In this document: positions 55,039 through 64,000 of the stretch, piece by piece
How the letters are laid out: each line of letters starts with the position of its first letter
Position numbering within the stretch: position 1 is the stretch's first letter
IMG/VR virus record: IMGVR_UViG_3300029305_004206
Direction: 5' to 3' (one strand)
Source: an uncultured virus (IMG/VR IMGVR_UViG_3300029305_004206)
Lineage: Duplodnaviria; Heunggongvirae; Uroviricota; Caudoviricetes
Length of the DNA stretch: 64,000 bases
The notes under the pieces: model-generated
Seen by the model: only the letters and a program-made list of their open reading frames with translations
Database searches by the model: none
Told to the model about the DNA's origin: nothing
Position numbers and translations under genes: made by a program

Positions 55039-56076
55039 ATGAAAATTATGTTTTTAAACGAAAACGTAAATCCAAAAGTTGAAAACTTCTTCAACGAGTC
55101 AGAAGACTTTGGCGGTTACGCATTTGGTGAAGCAGGTATTATGTCTCTTAACTATCAGCTTTCTGAAGAATATCACGGAACAGTTGAAGCTATGATCGCT
55201 GCTGAACATAGTGCAATCGTAAATGAAGATGCTAACCTTTTAAGCGAAGCTGGTAATGCTTTCTTTGCAAAAGTTGCTGAACTTTTCAAAAAGATGGCTG
55301 AAGGTCTTCAGAAGATCTGGAACCAGGTTGCTAAATTCTTTGCTGATAAAGTTGCTGCTTGTCAGAAGAAACTTAAAGAATGGAGACTTGGTAAGAATGA
55401 TTTAACTGGCATAACAGTTACTCTTAAAACAAAGATTACTGAGTTTACAGGTCCTGCAATCAATGATGCTGCAAAGGCTTATGCAGCAAAGGCTCTTAGC
55501 GTAGCAGAAGATTATGTTAAGGAAGCTCAGGCTGGAAACACACCAAATAAAATCGGTGCTATGAATGATGGCGATGTTAGAGAAGCTCTTCAGGTTGAAA
55601 AATCTGTAGCTGATGATACAGGCGAATTCAGAAAAGTACTTAAAGAAAAATTTGGTATCGTTGAAAGTGAAAAGGGCGAAGCATCATTTACTATTGATGG
55701 TAAAATGATTGAATTCGTTATGAACTATGAAGCTATCGTTAAGGGTATCAGAGAAGCATTTAAAAATGCTATTAATAAATACAAACAGTTTGAAAAAATG
55801 TGCAAAGTTTATAGAGGACAGGATAAGAGAGCACAGGGTTCTGATTATGATAAAGAAACCAATGCAAATGCTGTTTCTATAAGAACCGCAAGATACATTG
55901 CTTCAAAACTTAATGTTGCTCTTGGTGTTGCAGTTTCTGGTGTTAGAGCAAATAATAGCCTTGCATGGGCAGTTATTTCTAAAGCAAAAGCTTCTGCAAA
56001 GAAAGATGCTAAAGATCAGAAGAAGCTTGATAAATTAGCTTCTGAATCTACAATTCTTGATAGATTCGCTCTTTAA
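55039..56076 (+). CDS. Putative abundant internal head protein
   Basis: Acidic N-terminal propeptide-like region with FLNEN, FFNES, IVNED, LLSEA, then a helical Ala/Lys-rich body. Highly-expressed codon bias. True start is probably ATG 55048. Confidence 0.5.
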   Translation: MKIMFLNENVNPKVENFFNESEDFGGYAFGEAGIMSLNYQLSEEYHGTVEAMIAAEHSAIVNEDANLLSEAGNAFFAKVAELFKKMAEGLQKIWNQVAKFFADKVAACQKKLKEWRLGKNDLTGITVTLKTKITEFTGPAINDAAKAYAAKALSVAEDYVKEAQAGNTPNKIGAMNDGDVREALQVEKSVADDTGEFRKVLKEKFGIVESEKGEASFTIDGKMIEFVMNYEAIVKGIREAFKNAINKYKQFEKMCKVYRGQDKRAQGSDYDKETNANAVSIRTARYIASKLNVALGVAVSGVRANNSLAWAVISKAKASAKKDAKDQKKLDKLASESTILDRFAL

Positions 56077-56103
56077 TTTAGTAGTATAAATTAAAAAAAA
56101 AAT

Positions 56104-56141
56104 AATCCCATAGGAAGATAATTGATTCTTCCTATGGGATT
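56104..56141. terminator. Bidirectional terminator hairpin
   Basis: AATCCCATAGGAAGA / TCTTCCTATGGGATT between convergent genes. Confidence 0.8.
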
Positions 56142-56152
56142 TTAACCGTCAA

Positions 56153-56812
56153 TTAGTTATTAACAGTTTGCTGTACATATACAGATGAATTTACCTGTAT
56201 AATTGGATAAATATGAAAAGTATAGAATGTAGGTTTAAATATGATACTGCCATTAGAATACACTGCAATTCTATTTGAATTAGAACTGAAAGCATTTGCT
56301 AATACAATACCATGATCATTTGGAAGAGTTTTGAAGAATTCTTCGTTTTCTTTAACCATATTAATGGTTGGAAGAACTGCAAACCCTTCAAAGCTTTCGT
56401 TACCTTCAACTTTTTCATTTTCCGATGTAGTCAAATCAATATTAATTGGGAACATTAAATCAGCAAATGACTCAGGATTAAGTTTATTAAAGAGATCCCT
56501 ACAAACTGAGTTTGCATTGCTAATTTCATAATTAGTGCTATTATTTTTAGGACTACTAAATGTTCCATCAATCGCATTTTTGACAATCAAAGTTACTTTT
56601 TCATTATCCTTTTTCATAACGATAAATTCTGTGCCATCTAAAATAACTGTTTCATTTACATTAACATTACCGAGTTCTACTTCTTTAATTTGGTTCATAA
56701 CAATTTCCTCCTCATTAATAATATTTAAAATTCTTCTTTCCTTAGAACTATTAAGTTCTACCTTTTGACCGTTCTTTAAAATTTCAATACTCATTTTTAT
56801 CTTTCCTTTCAT
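56153..56812 (-). CDS. Hypothetical protein, DUF6273-like
   Basis: ELGNVNVNETVILDGTEFIVM...YEISN...IDLTT...LPTI resembles DUF6273 proteins of Firmicute phages; start uncertain. Confidence 0.4.
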   Translation of the reverse strand: MKGKIKMSIEILKNGQKVELNSSKERRILNIINEEEIVMNQIKEVELGNVNVNETVILDGTEFIVMKKDNEKVTLIVKNAIDGTFSSPKNNSTNYEISNANSVCRDLFNKLNPESFADLMFPINIDLTTSENEKVEGNESFEGFAVLPTINMVKENEEFFKTLPNDHGIVLANAFSSNSNRIAVYSNGSIIFKPTFYTFHIYPIIQVNSSVYVQQTVNN

Positions 56813-56901
56813 TTTTTTTTTACTAAAGAATTATTTAAGATTGATTTTATTAATCATCCTTTCATTATAATCTTTAAATGACACTTATATTTATCAAGAA
56901 T

Positions 56902-56909
56902 ATAATATA
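56902..56909 (-). promoter_or_regulatory. Putative early promoter TATATTAT
   Basis: Lies between a terminator and the 56153-56812 gene. Confidence 0.4.
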
Positions 56910-56954
56910 GGATTAATATATCATTCGTTTCGGTTTTATAAAGTGAGCTTAAAA

Positions 56955-56987
56955 TCCCTTATGAGTCGTTGAGTAACTCATAAGGGA
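56955..56987. terminator. Terminator hairpin (copy 2 of the repeated element)
   Basis: TCCCTTATGAGT / ACTCATAAGGGA; near-identical to 15057-15089. Confidence 0.7.
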
Positions 56988-56991
56988 ATAT

Positions 56992-58365
56992 TTAATTAAA
57001 TTTTACTTGTTGCATAGTTTGTGTTGTAACATTTGCATCATCTCTACCTGATGATCTGAAGATACATCTACCGAAATAACTAAATAAATCTTGTTCGCCA
57101 GTATTCTTATTAAATATAGCAACATTTCTTTCTAATCTATATCTTCCATTGAATTCTTTCATATTATCACTTTCAAATTCAAAGAAATATCTTCGATTAG
57201 GAGTAAATATTTCATAATCAAAATCTTGGAAGTTAGCTGTTAAAGAAATAGTATTCTGAATCTCAGCCTTCAACTCTTCTACGATATATTGATTGTCATA
57301 TTTATTATAATAATATTTAGTCTTATCGTGATCTTCGTTTCCACCCATATCTATAAATGAATCTTCATATCCAGTTCCTATATTAAATGAACCATTACTA
57401 TAATTAAATGCTTTTTTAATTCCTTGTATAGATAATACCTTTATATCATTACCATAAATTTCTTTATTTAATTGATCTTCTGGTATTATCGTAACATCAT
57501 TATTTAAACGAATGACATATCTCTTATTATCATGATCAGTATAACAACCAAGATTAAATGGAGTATCGTTTGCAGCATCAGCTATATTAATTAATACATT
57601 TTCATATTCTTTATTAGATACATTTACAGTAGTTAAATCTTTAGATAAGATATAAAGATAATTAAAATCTTGATACAATCTTAATCCCAACTTGTATATA
57701 CCATAAACATTTTGTAAATAATAAATAGAACTTGCAAACTGTAATGGTGGAATTACAATTTGTCGATAAGCAGTTGAATTATTTGGATTATCTATAATTA
57801 CAGAATCACAACCTATTTTATTTAATATATACCCGATTGCATTATAAATATCTACATTATTTAATACTGTATTTACGATAGTTTTACTTTTATCAAAGTG
57901 AGATGTATTAAATAAGTAAACATCTGTAGTCCTTGAGTATTCATTAGATTCATTAGTTTTATCTTCATCTACTCTTGATGGATGATTTTCTAATTCTTCT
58001 AATGGATTTTTTGTACAATCAATATAAATTGGTTGGAATACCATATCTGTTATTATATCTTCACCAAATGTATCAAAAGATGAGAAATATGTTTTATCTG
58101 GATCTCTATCTTCTAAAAATTCAACCTTATTTATAGATATTTTAAATTTAACTTTTGTTTTTTGTTCTTGTAACTTAATCATTTCTTTATTAGTAAGAGA
58201 AATAGATAATTTAGTTACAGGTAAAAAGTTTTCTTCATACTTATTATCAATAACTAAAGCAGCAACTTGTGGAGCATCTAAAGTTACAATTTCATCAGTA
58301 AAGAGAATTGATACACTAATCATATACTTATATTGAGATATAAGATTTAATGATTCTTCAGTCAT
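56992..58365 (-). CDS. Putative baseplate hub/tail structural protein
   Basis: 457 aa, beta-rich; IDNKYEENFLP, QIVIPPL..YLQNVYGIY, IFTPNRRY..FNGRYRL resemble hub-type architecture. Confidence 0.4.
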   Translation of the reverse strand: MTEESLNLISQYKYMISVSILFTDEIVTLDAPQVAALVIDNKYEENFLPVTKLSISLTNKEMIKLQEQKTKVKFKISINKVEFLEDRDPDKTYFSSFDTFGEDIITDMVFQPIYIDCTKNPLEELENHPSRVDEDKTNESNEYSRTTDVYLFNTSHFDKSKTIVNTVLNNVDIYNAIGYILNKIGCDSVIIDNPNNSTAYRQIVIPPLQFASSIYYLQNVYGIYKLGLRLYQDFNYLYILSKDLTTVNVSNKEYENVLINIADAANDTPFNLGCYTDHDNKRYVIRLNNDVTIIPEDQLNKEIYGNDIKVLSIQGIKKAFNYSNGSFNIGTGYEDSFIDMGGNEDHDKTKYYYNKYDNQYIVEELKAEIQNTISLTANFQDFDYEIFTPNRRYFFEFESDNMKEFNGRYRLERNVAIFNKNTGEQDLFSYFGRCIFRSSGRDDANVTTQTMQQVKFN

Positions 58366-58699
58366 AGTGAATTTCTCCTTTCACTGCATTTAAACCATAT
58401 TTCTTATTGATGTAATTAACACATAAACAATATCCATCTGGTGTTCTCATGCAATATTCAGGACAGTAATTTTCTAATATTGGATAACATTTTCGAACAG
58501 TTCTCTGACCGCATATATGCATACCATTCGGAGGATCAATGTCAAAACCTGTTCCTTTGTAATTATTATATGCAGATACATATTCTGTAATGTATTTACA
58601 TGAAAAGCTACCCATTTTTTCAAATACTTCCTTATCAAGATGTTTACAGTATATTACGGAGAGTTCATCTCTAGATACCATAGATATTTTTTCACTCAT
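58358..58699 (-). CDS. Cys-rich hypothetical protein
   Basis: 113 aa with 8 Cys; overlaps the next start. Confidence 0.5.
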   Translation of the reverse strand: MSEKISMVSRDELSVIYCKHLDKEVFEKMGSFSCKYITEYVSAYNNYKGTGFDIDPPNGMHICGQRTVRKCYPILENYCPEYCMRTPDGYCLCVNYINKKYGLNAVKGEIHYD

Positions 58700-58701
58700 A
58701 A

Positions 58702-59817
58702 TTATACCCCCTCAATAAGTTCCTGAGTCATCAATGGAGAGTTCTTAAAATAAACTTCATTTACTTCCATTACACTCTGCCAGTTATTAATATCCTTTAC
58801 TTGCTTCATTATATTATAATATTCTTTCTCTGTCATACTATTCTTTATAGTTTCATAATCAAACATCTTAAAATTATTTCTGATAAAACCTTTATCATCA
58901 TCAGATAAATTTTCTATATTATCTAAAATAATATCTATATCTGAATATGGAATATTTGAGATTTTACCAGAATCAATTAACTTCTCTAATGCTGTTATAG
59001 AACGAGAATAGCCAAATCCTTTTTTACCTTCAAGATTATATTTTTTATAACCTGACATAGCTAAAATTATACGATAAAAGCTGCTATCTAAAGATGATTT
59101 ATCTTTACTTTTAGTTTTAGTTAAAAGTGAATTAATTAACTCATCTTCATATATAATCTTACTATTATCAGATCTCATACTCATTACATAAGTCTTCTCA
59201 AGATTGCAACATTGATACTGAACTGTATCATTTGTCATAATAAGATTAATATAATTCTCATTACCAGAATAATCTATCATATCAGATATAGCAAAATATG
59301 GAAATACAGTATAATTGAAGGATTTAGTATTAAAGAAATATACATTTGGAATATAATCAATAATTAATTTAGCAAGTTTTATATTTTTCTTTATAATTCC
59401 GTTAAGAGCATAATGTTCACTATTTACATCTTCATATAAAATCTTATTATAGAAATCTCTTCTATAAGTATCATTAAGAGATGTATTAAATTCTGCTTCT
59501 TTATCAGAATAATAGTAATAGAAATATGTTCTTATTCCATAACGAGACCAAAAGAAATGACGATAGTGAGCAGCGATATTTATTAACTCTGCACATATCT
59601 TATATTTTTCATTTACAGATATATTCTTAAAAGAATCCTGTAATGTTGATTGATAGAAGTTTGATAGAACAGAGTGAACATCTATGAATATATTCACTTC
59701 TGTAATATCACCCTGAAAGGTTTTATTTATCATCTCTTGAAATATTTTATATTTTACTTTCTTGAGATTCATAATAGGTTGAATTAAACCTATGTTTGGA
59801 TTAATATCTTTATCCAC
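58702..59817 (-). CDS. 5'-3' exonuclease/FEN (PIN)-fold protein, degenerate
   Basis: NIFIDVHS, LIMTNDTVQYQ, and H3TH-like SGYKKYNLEGKKGFG. Confidence 0.5.
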   Translation of the reverse strand: MDKDINPNIGLIQPIMNLKKVKYKIFQEMINKTFQGDITEVNIFIDVHSVLSNFYQSTLQDSFKNISVNEKYKICAELINIAAHYRHFFWSRYGIRTYFYYYYSDKEAEFNTSLNDTYRRDFYNKILYEDVNSEHYALNGIIKKNIKLAKLIIDYIPNVYFFNTKSFNYTVFPYFAISDMIDYSGNENYINLIMTNDTVQYQCCNLEKTYVMSMRSDNSKIIYEDELINSLLTKTKSKDKSSLDSSFYRIILAMSGYKKYNLEGKKGFGYSRSITALEKLIDSGKISNIPYSDIDIILDNIENLSDDDKGFIRNNFKMFDYETIKNSMTEKEYYNIMKQVKDINNWQSVMEVNEVYFKNSPLMTQELIEGV

Positions 59818-59837
59818 AGATGAATCACTCCTTTCTT

Positions 59838-60245
59838 TTATAAATTATTAGCAGATCTAATCATCTTCATAAGACGATTTAATATCTTATGTCGTTTTTC
59901 CATTAATATAGAAAAATATGTATTACCTTCTTCTTCATTAAATGTAGTAATGGTTACTAAAGACCAGTTTGGTTGATTAGATTTAGTAGATATTCGTTTA
60001 AATACAAAAACGAAACTATGATAAAATCTAAATGATTCATCTTTATAATCACCTAACCATTTACTCTTCTTAAGATGAATAAGAATATCTTTTTTTGCTC
60101 TCTTAATAGGAACATTGGATATTCTTTCTCTATATCTTTGAATAGCATGATTTGTTAAGATAAACTTTCCAATATCTTTTCCGAATTTATTTCTTTCATT
60201 AATCATCTTCAGATAATTAATATATGTTTTATATGCTTTAGACAT
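59838..60245 (-). CDS. RelE/DUF4258-like small RNase-fold protein
   Basis: ILTNHAIQRYRERI...LVTIT pattern. Confidence 0.4.
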   Translation of the reverse strand: MSKAYKTYINYLKMINERNKFGKDIGKFILTNHAIQRYRERISNVPIKRAKKDILIHLKKSKWLGDYKDESFRFYHSFVFVFKRISTKSNQPNWSLVTITTFNEEEGNTYFSILMEKRHKILNRLMKMIRSANNL

Positions 60246-60630
60246 TAAAGACCTCTATAAAACAATTTGGAATTTCTTGAGGATTATTTAACAAATCTTC
60301 ATATTCAGAATATAAGAATGAAAATGGTCTAAAGTTAGATGAAATATACTTTACACCATCAACCACAAATTCACAATTTAATAATTGTGATATAATTAGA
60401 CAGTCTTCATCTTTCCTATACTTTAATGGTAATACACTTTCTTTGATTTTTACAAGAAGAATAAGTCTATCTCCTTCGCCCATATTTTTGTATGGAAGAG
60501 CATGAAATTCTATATCTTTCTTCATATCAAATGGAAAACTAAGATTTCTATTTTTATGACGATATCTCATAATACCATCATTTAACTCGAAATCCTTTGG
60601 AAAAATAATATTTTCTTTTTTTACTAACAT
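60238..60630 (-). CDS. Hypothetical protein
   Basis: 130-aa ORF with GAAGGTG RBS. Confidence 0.55.
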   Translation of the reverse strand: MLVKKENIIFPKDFELNDGIMRYRHKNRNLSFPFDMKKDIEFHALPYKNMGEGDRLILLVKIKESVLPLKYRKDEDCLIISQLLNCEFVVDGVKYISSNFRPFSFLYSEYEDLLNNPQEIPNCFIEVFNV

Positions 60631-60712
60631 TTATTACACCTTCTTTACGTTTTTCTATTATCTCTAATAAGGATAATTAAAAAAATGTTTTTCGGTGTCT
60701 TAAAGGTTAAAG

Positions 60713-60749
60713 GTTCCATAAGGAGATGTATAATTTCTCCTTATGGAAC
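60713..60749. terminator. Hairpin, probable terminator
   Basis: GTTCCATAAGGAGA / TCTCCTTATGGAAC. Confidence 0.7.
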
Positions 60750-60760
60750 ACAGAAAATTA

Positions 60761-61057
60761 TTATTTCTTTTTCTTTTTAGTGTATAATCCCTGCTCTATC
60801 AAAGCATCACAAAGGTTAATCGCTTCTTCTCTTGTTAAAGAAACACCTTTACCAATACGAGGTTCATCTAAAGATCTATTCCAAGAACGAATATCAATCT
60901 TTGCGTTATCAATATCGTCAAGGTCTTTCTTACCTTTTTTATCACCCCATGTTAGTAAGTTAACTTCAAGAGTCCAGTCAGATTTTTCACTTTCGCTTAA
61001 TATAGCGATATGGTCATGAATTTTGTAAGATAATGGTTCAAATGCCATTGGATTCAT
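60761..61057 (-). CDS. PC4/YdbC-family single-stranded DNA-binding protein
   Basis: IAILSE...WTLEVNLLTW...KIDIRSW....IGKGVSLTREE. Confidence 0.85.
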   Translation of the reverse strand: MNPMAFEPLSYKIHDHIAILSESEKSDWTLEVNLLTWGDKKGKKDLDDIDNAKIDIRSWNRSLDEPRIGKGVSLTREEAINLCDALIEQGLYTKKKKK

Positions 61058-61083
61058 TCCTTTCCTAAATATTATTCATCTGT

Positions 61084-62964
61084 TTATGTCGCAGACTTAA
61101 GAACTTCTTTCTCTGCTAATTTCTCTGTTTCCTTTGTAATTGCATTGAAAATCTGTAGGATAATTAAATCCAAATTATTTATGTTAACATGAATAAGTGG
61201 TTTATTATATCTTTCACAGAGTTCTTTTGTATATCTGTACATCTTATGAGAAGCATGTTTAGTATGTGTAAATACATAATCACAATTTTTAACTTGTTCA
61301 GGTTTCAAATGTAGATAATCTTCCATAGAAACTAAAGCATATAAATTAGGAATTCTTTCATTAATCATTGAAATCATATTACTATGACCACCGATAAATA
61401 CTACTTTATGTTTGTCACATAAATCTCTTATTTGTTCATTAGTGATATATGTATTTTCTTCTTTAAGAACTTTCTCCTCATCTGGAACTTTCCTTTCCAG
61501 TTCAAATATTTTGTCCTTTAAGAAAATAACTTCATCTTCCAATGAAATAATTTCTTCAGATAATTTTTTATTCTCCGATTCAACTTTATGATTCTCAGAT
61601 GATAACTTCTTAACCTGTTCTTTATTATAATTATCTACAGAAACACCTTTCTCATATTCCTTGATTTTGTCGTTTAGTTCTTTGATCTCTTCATCTTTAT
61701 CATCAACAACCTGTATCAAAAGTTGACTAAAATGACATCCCATGTGATGACGGAAAATTGCATTATTACAGAATAAATAATAATCTAAATTACTTCTTCC
61801 TGTAATCTGCACTTTCAAAGCTGCTTGATAGTCTATATAACAGCTATTAATAAAGGCAACTATATCTTTCTTTCCAGACTTTTTAAAGAATACATTTTTC
61901 TTAATCTTTGCAATACTAATTTCTCTTCCCAAAGGTTGAATATGGTAAGATATAATTGCTTCTATAATCTGCACTAAATCAAATGCAGTAGGAAGCACTT
62001 TCTTATTACTCAATACAAATGACTTTACAAGAATATTGAATAGGAGATTATACCAACTATCAACCATTAGTTCAGCACAAGAATAAAATATATTAGAAGA
62101 TGCATTATCTGAAAGTAAAGTTTGATAAGAAGATTGAATATTTTGTCTTATATTAGCAAAAATTGACATATGACGATTTAATTCTTTCTTAGGAATAAAA
62201 TCATCTGGAGATATATAACCATAAATATGATGATTTAATTCTCCCCATTGATTTAACTGCATAAATTCCATTGCTTCTTTAGCATACTTATCAATAAATT
62301 TCTTACTCTCTTCTCTCAGTTCTATGTATTGATGTGTAGCTTCTTTTACAAATTTATCTGTATTTTTATCTACATTTTTCATTTCTGCATCTGTTAATGA
62401 AGGAATCTTAGCAATACATTTATAAAGAGCAGAACTCACTTCTTCTTGCATTGCATTAACTTTATCACTTGGTCTTATTGAGAATAAGCTTCCATCTAAT
62501 GATCTATCTTTATCTCTCTGGAACCTTGCTAATAAATATATATCAATATCAGAAGAATTCATTCTTTCAGAAAATAAATCTGCCATAAAATCAAATTCAT
62601 CATCTTCAGTTGCTTTTCCTATAAATTCACATACAATATTCATATTATCTCTTGCATGTTTATCTGTTAGGAAACCACCTTCTAAATATAAAGAAATCAT
62701 TCTTTTGAAGTAGTCATTTATTGCTAAACCAAGATTTGTTATCTTTGCTTCATATTTTCCTATGAGTTTAAGTTCACCTTCATAATTAAAGAACTTTTTC
62801 ATAAGTTTAATAACTTCTTCATTGACGCAATCTTTATTACAATTCTCAAGTAAATTTCTAAATTCAACAAGGTAAGATAAAGAATCAGATTTTGTTTGAA
62901 GTATTGTTAAGTATGGGATGAACTGATTATTTTTAAGAAATAAACTTTCAGGATCATTCTTCAC
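61084..62964 (-). CDS. Coiled-coil protein with C-terminal DUF2325 domain; probably begins at 63226 via a frameshift
   Basis: KVVFIGGH...DYVFTHTKHASHKMY...CERYNKPLIHVN. Frame is open up to 63042, and no RBS precedes GTG 62964. Confidence 0.65.
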   Translation of the reverse strand: MKNDPESLFLKNNQFIPYLTILQTKSDSLSYLVEFRNLLENCNKDCVNEEVIKLMKKFFNYEGELKLIGKYEAKITNLGLAINDYFKRMISLYLEGGFLTDKHARDNMNIVCEFIGKATEDDEFDFMADLFSERMNSSDIDIYLLARFQRDKDRSLDGSLFSIRPSDKVNAMQEEVSSALYKCIAKIPSLTDAEMKNVDKNTDKFVKEATHQYIELREESKKFIDKYAKEAMEFMQLNQWGELNHHIYGYISPDDFIPKKELNRHMSIFANIRQNIQSSYQTLLSDNASSNIFYSCAELMVDSWYNLLFNILVKSFVLSNKKVLPTAFDLVQIIEAIISYHIQPLGREISIAKIKKNVFFKKSGKKDIVAFINSCYIDYQAALKVQITGRSNLDYYLFCNNAIFRHHMGCHFSQLLIQVVDDKDEEIKELNDKIKEYEKGVSVDNYNKEQVKKLSSENHKVESENKKLSEEIISLEDEVIFLKDKIFELERKVPDEEKVLKEENTYITNEQIRDLCDKHKVVFIGGHSNMISMINERIPNLYALVSMEDYLHLKPEQVKNCDYVFTHTKHASHKMYRYTKELCERYNKPLIHVNINNLDLIILQIFNAITKETEKLAEKEVLKSAT

Positions 62965-63037
62965 TAAATTATTTAAATCATCAAGTTTTTCATCTTCATT
63001 TTTATTCTCTTGCTCTGATATAACCTTTACTATATTC

Positions 63038-63226
63038 TTAACTTAATTCCAAATCATCTTTGAATGTTTCATATGTACCATCTTCTATTAGGATCTTTGT
63101 AAGAATACATTCTAAAAGATTAGGATTTCCAAATATAAGATTATTAGATAAAGAACCTTGATAATTTGTAAGTATTGCTTTTTTAATAAATGTATGTCTC
63201 TTGAATTCTATTTTATTATTGCTCAC
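63038..63226 (-). CDS. 62-aa ORF, probable N-terminus of the DUF2325 gene
   Basis: GTG start with GAAAGGA RBS; its end overlaps the open frame of the downstream gene. Confidence 0.5.
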   Translation of the reverse strand: MSNNKIEFKRHTFIKKAILTNYQGSLSNNLIFGNPNLLECILTKILIEDGTYETFKDDLELS

Positions 63227-63242
63227 ACTTTATCAAATCCTT

Positions 63243-63353
63243 TCATAATATTTTATTTAATAGAATTAGTACAGCTGCTGTGATTGTTATAAATCCTTTA
63301 AAGTCATCTTGAGATAATCCAATAAAGAATAAAATTAAAGCAATCAAAATCAT
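63243..63353 (-). CDS. 36-aa membrane peptide, absent from the ORF track
   Basis: MILIALILFFIGLSQDDFKGFITITAAVLILLNKIL with AGGAGG RBS. Confidence 0.55.
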   Translation of the reverse strand: MILIALILFFIGLSQDDFKGFITITAAVLILLNKIL

Positions 63354-63395
63354 ATTATGTCTTTCCTCCTAATTCAATTAGTAATGGGAAGATGA

Positions 63396-63998
63396 TTAAT
63401 TCTTCCCATTACTTCTTAATTTATCTCTGTCAAATATTCTGACAATTCCGTATGGTTCTCTTAATGAGATGCGACCTTCTTTATGAGTTGTAACCCATAT
63501 AGTTCTGAAATGAGATGGTTTTACTGTAAGTTCAGATTCACCATAACCATCGGTTAGATATATCAAGATATCATTTTTAAGGTTATTCTTCTTAAGGTAC
63601 TCAAATACAGGACTAAATTCGGTTCCACCATTACCATTACGAGTTACCTTCTTAACATCTTTTGCAGATTTAAGAATCTCTATTGACTGGATATCAGCAT
63701 CACATTGAATTACAGTTATCTCTTTATTTTTAATTCCTTTTAATATAAAGAGAATTTCATTCAAAAATGCACTCATATCATCATCAGATATTGAACCTGA
63801 TACGTCAATGGCAACTACAATTTTAACCTCATGATTAGATAATCTTCCTTTGAGTTCTATTCTATGAGGTTGTCTTCTATCATTTCTCATAATAGATTTT
63901 TTATAAGGAACTGGAACTGAACCTGCAAACTTCTTAAGATAATCTTGCCACTCTAAAACAGGTTTCTCATTAAGTTGGTTAATAATTGTCATAATATG
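63396..63998 (-). CDS. vWA-like domain protein (DUF2201 type); 5'-truncated by the window
   Basis: MIDAS motif VAIDVSGS, GNGGTEFSPVF and YLTDGYG; frame is open to the window edge. Confidence 0.85.
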   Translation of the reverse strand, partial: HIMTIINQLNEKPVLEWQDYLKKFAGSVPVPYKKSIMRNDRRQPHRIELKGRLSNHEVKIVVAIDVSGSISDDDMSAFLNEILFILKGIKNKEITVIQCDADIQSIEILKSAKDVKKVTRNGNGGTEFSPVFEYLKKNNLKNDILIYLTDGYGESELTVKPSHFRTIWVTTHKEGRISLREPYGIVRIFDRDKLRSNGKN

Positions 63999-64000
63999 AC

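Noticed and set aside
1..64000. Stop-codon reassignment as in some gut jumbo phages
   Set aside because: Standard-code ORFs tile the window densely, including 7.8-kb and 14-kb ORFs; TAG and TGA both end plausible genes

Overview
Very AT-rich, gene-dense fragment of a jumbo myovirus genome in the standard genetic code. It most resembles the AR9/PBS1/phiR1-37-type phages that encode their own multisubunit RNA polymerases. The host is probably a Firmicute with an S-layer (strong AAGGAG RBSs; SLH, SH3b and CHAP domains). From left to right: (1) tail-fibre/adhesin genes, two cysteine-peptidase genes (one fused to SLH) and four holin-like or membrane genes; (2) a minus-strand block with a polB-like palm protein, guanylate kinase, RNase H, an HNH-like protein and a 1366-aa RNA polymerase beta subunit; (3) an acidic/H1-like HU protein and a MazG/dUTPase-like protein; (4) a 4689-aa tape-measure-like protein with CHAP and muramidase domains, baseplate and tail-tube genes, RusA and probable internal head proteins; (5) a minus-strand block with FEN-like, RelE-like, PC4/YdbC, DUF2325 and vWA proteins. 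Notable non-coding signals are a recurring AAC[A/T]-N6-TA motif (AR9-type late promoter, hinting at uracil DNA), a TATATTAT early-promoter-like motif, a family of long hairpins, and a ~470-nt candidate structured ncRNA at 52.19-52.66 kb with its own promoter and terminator. No tRNA, rRNA, CRISPR array or transposase was seen. All assignments come from motif recognition by eye; no database searches were run.
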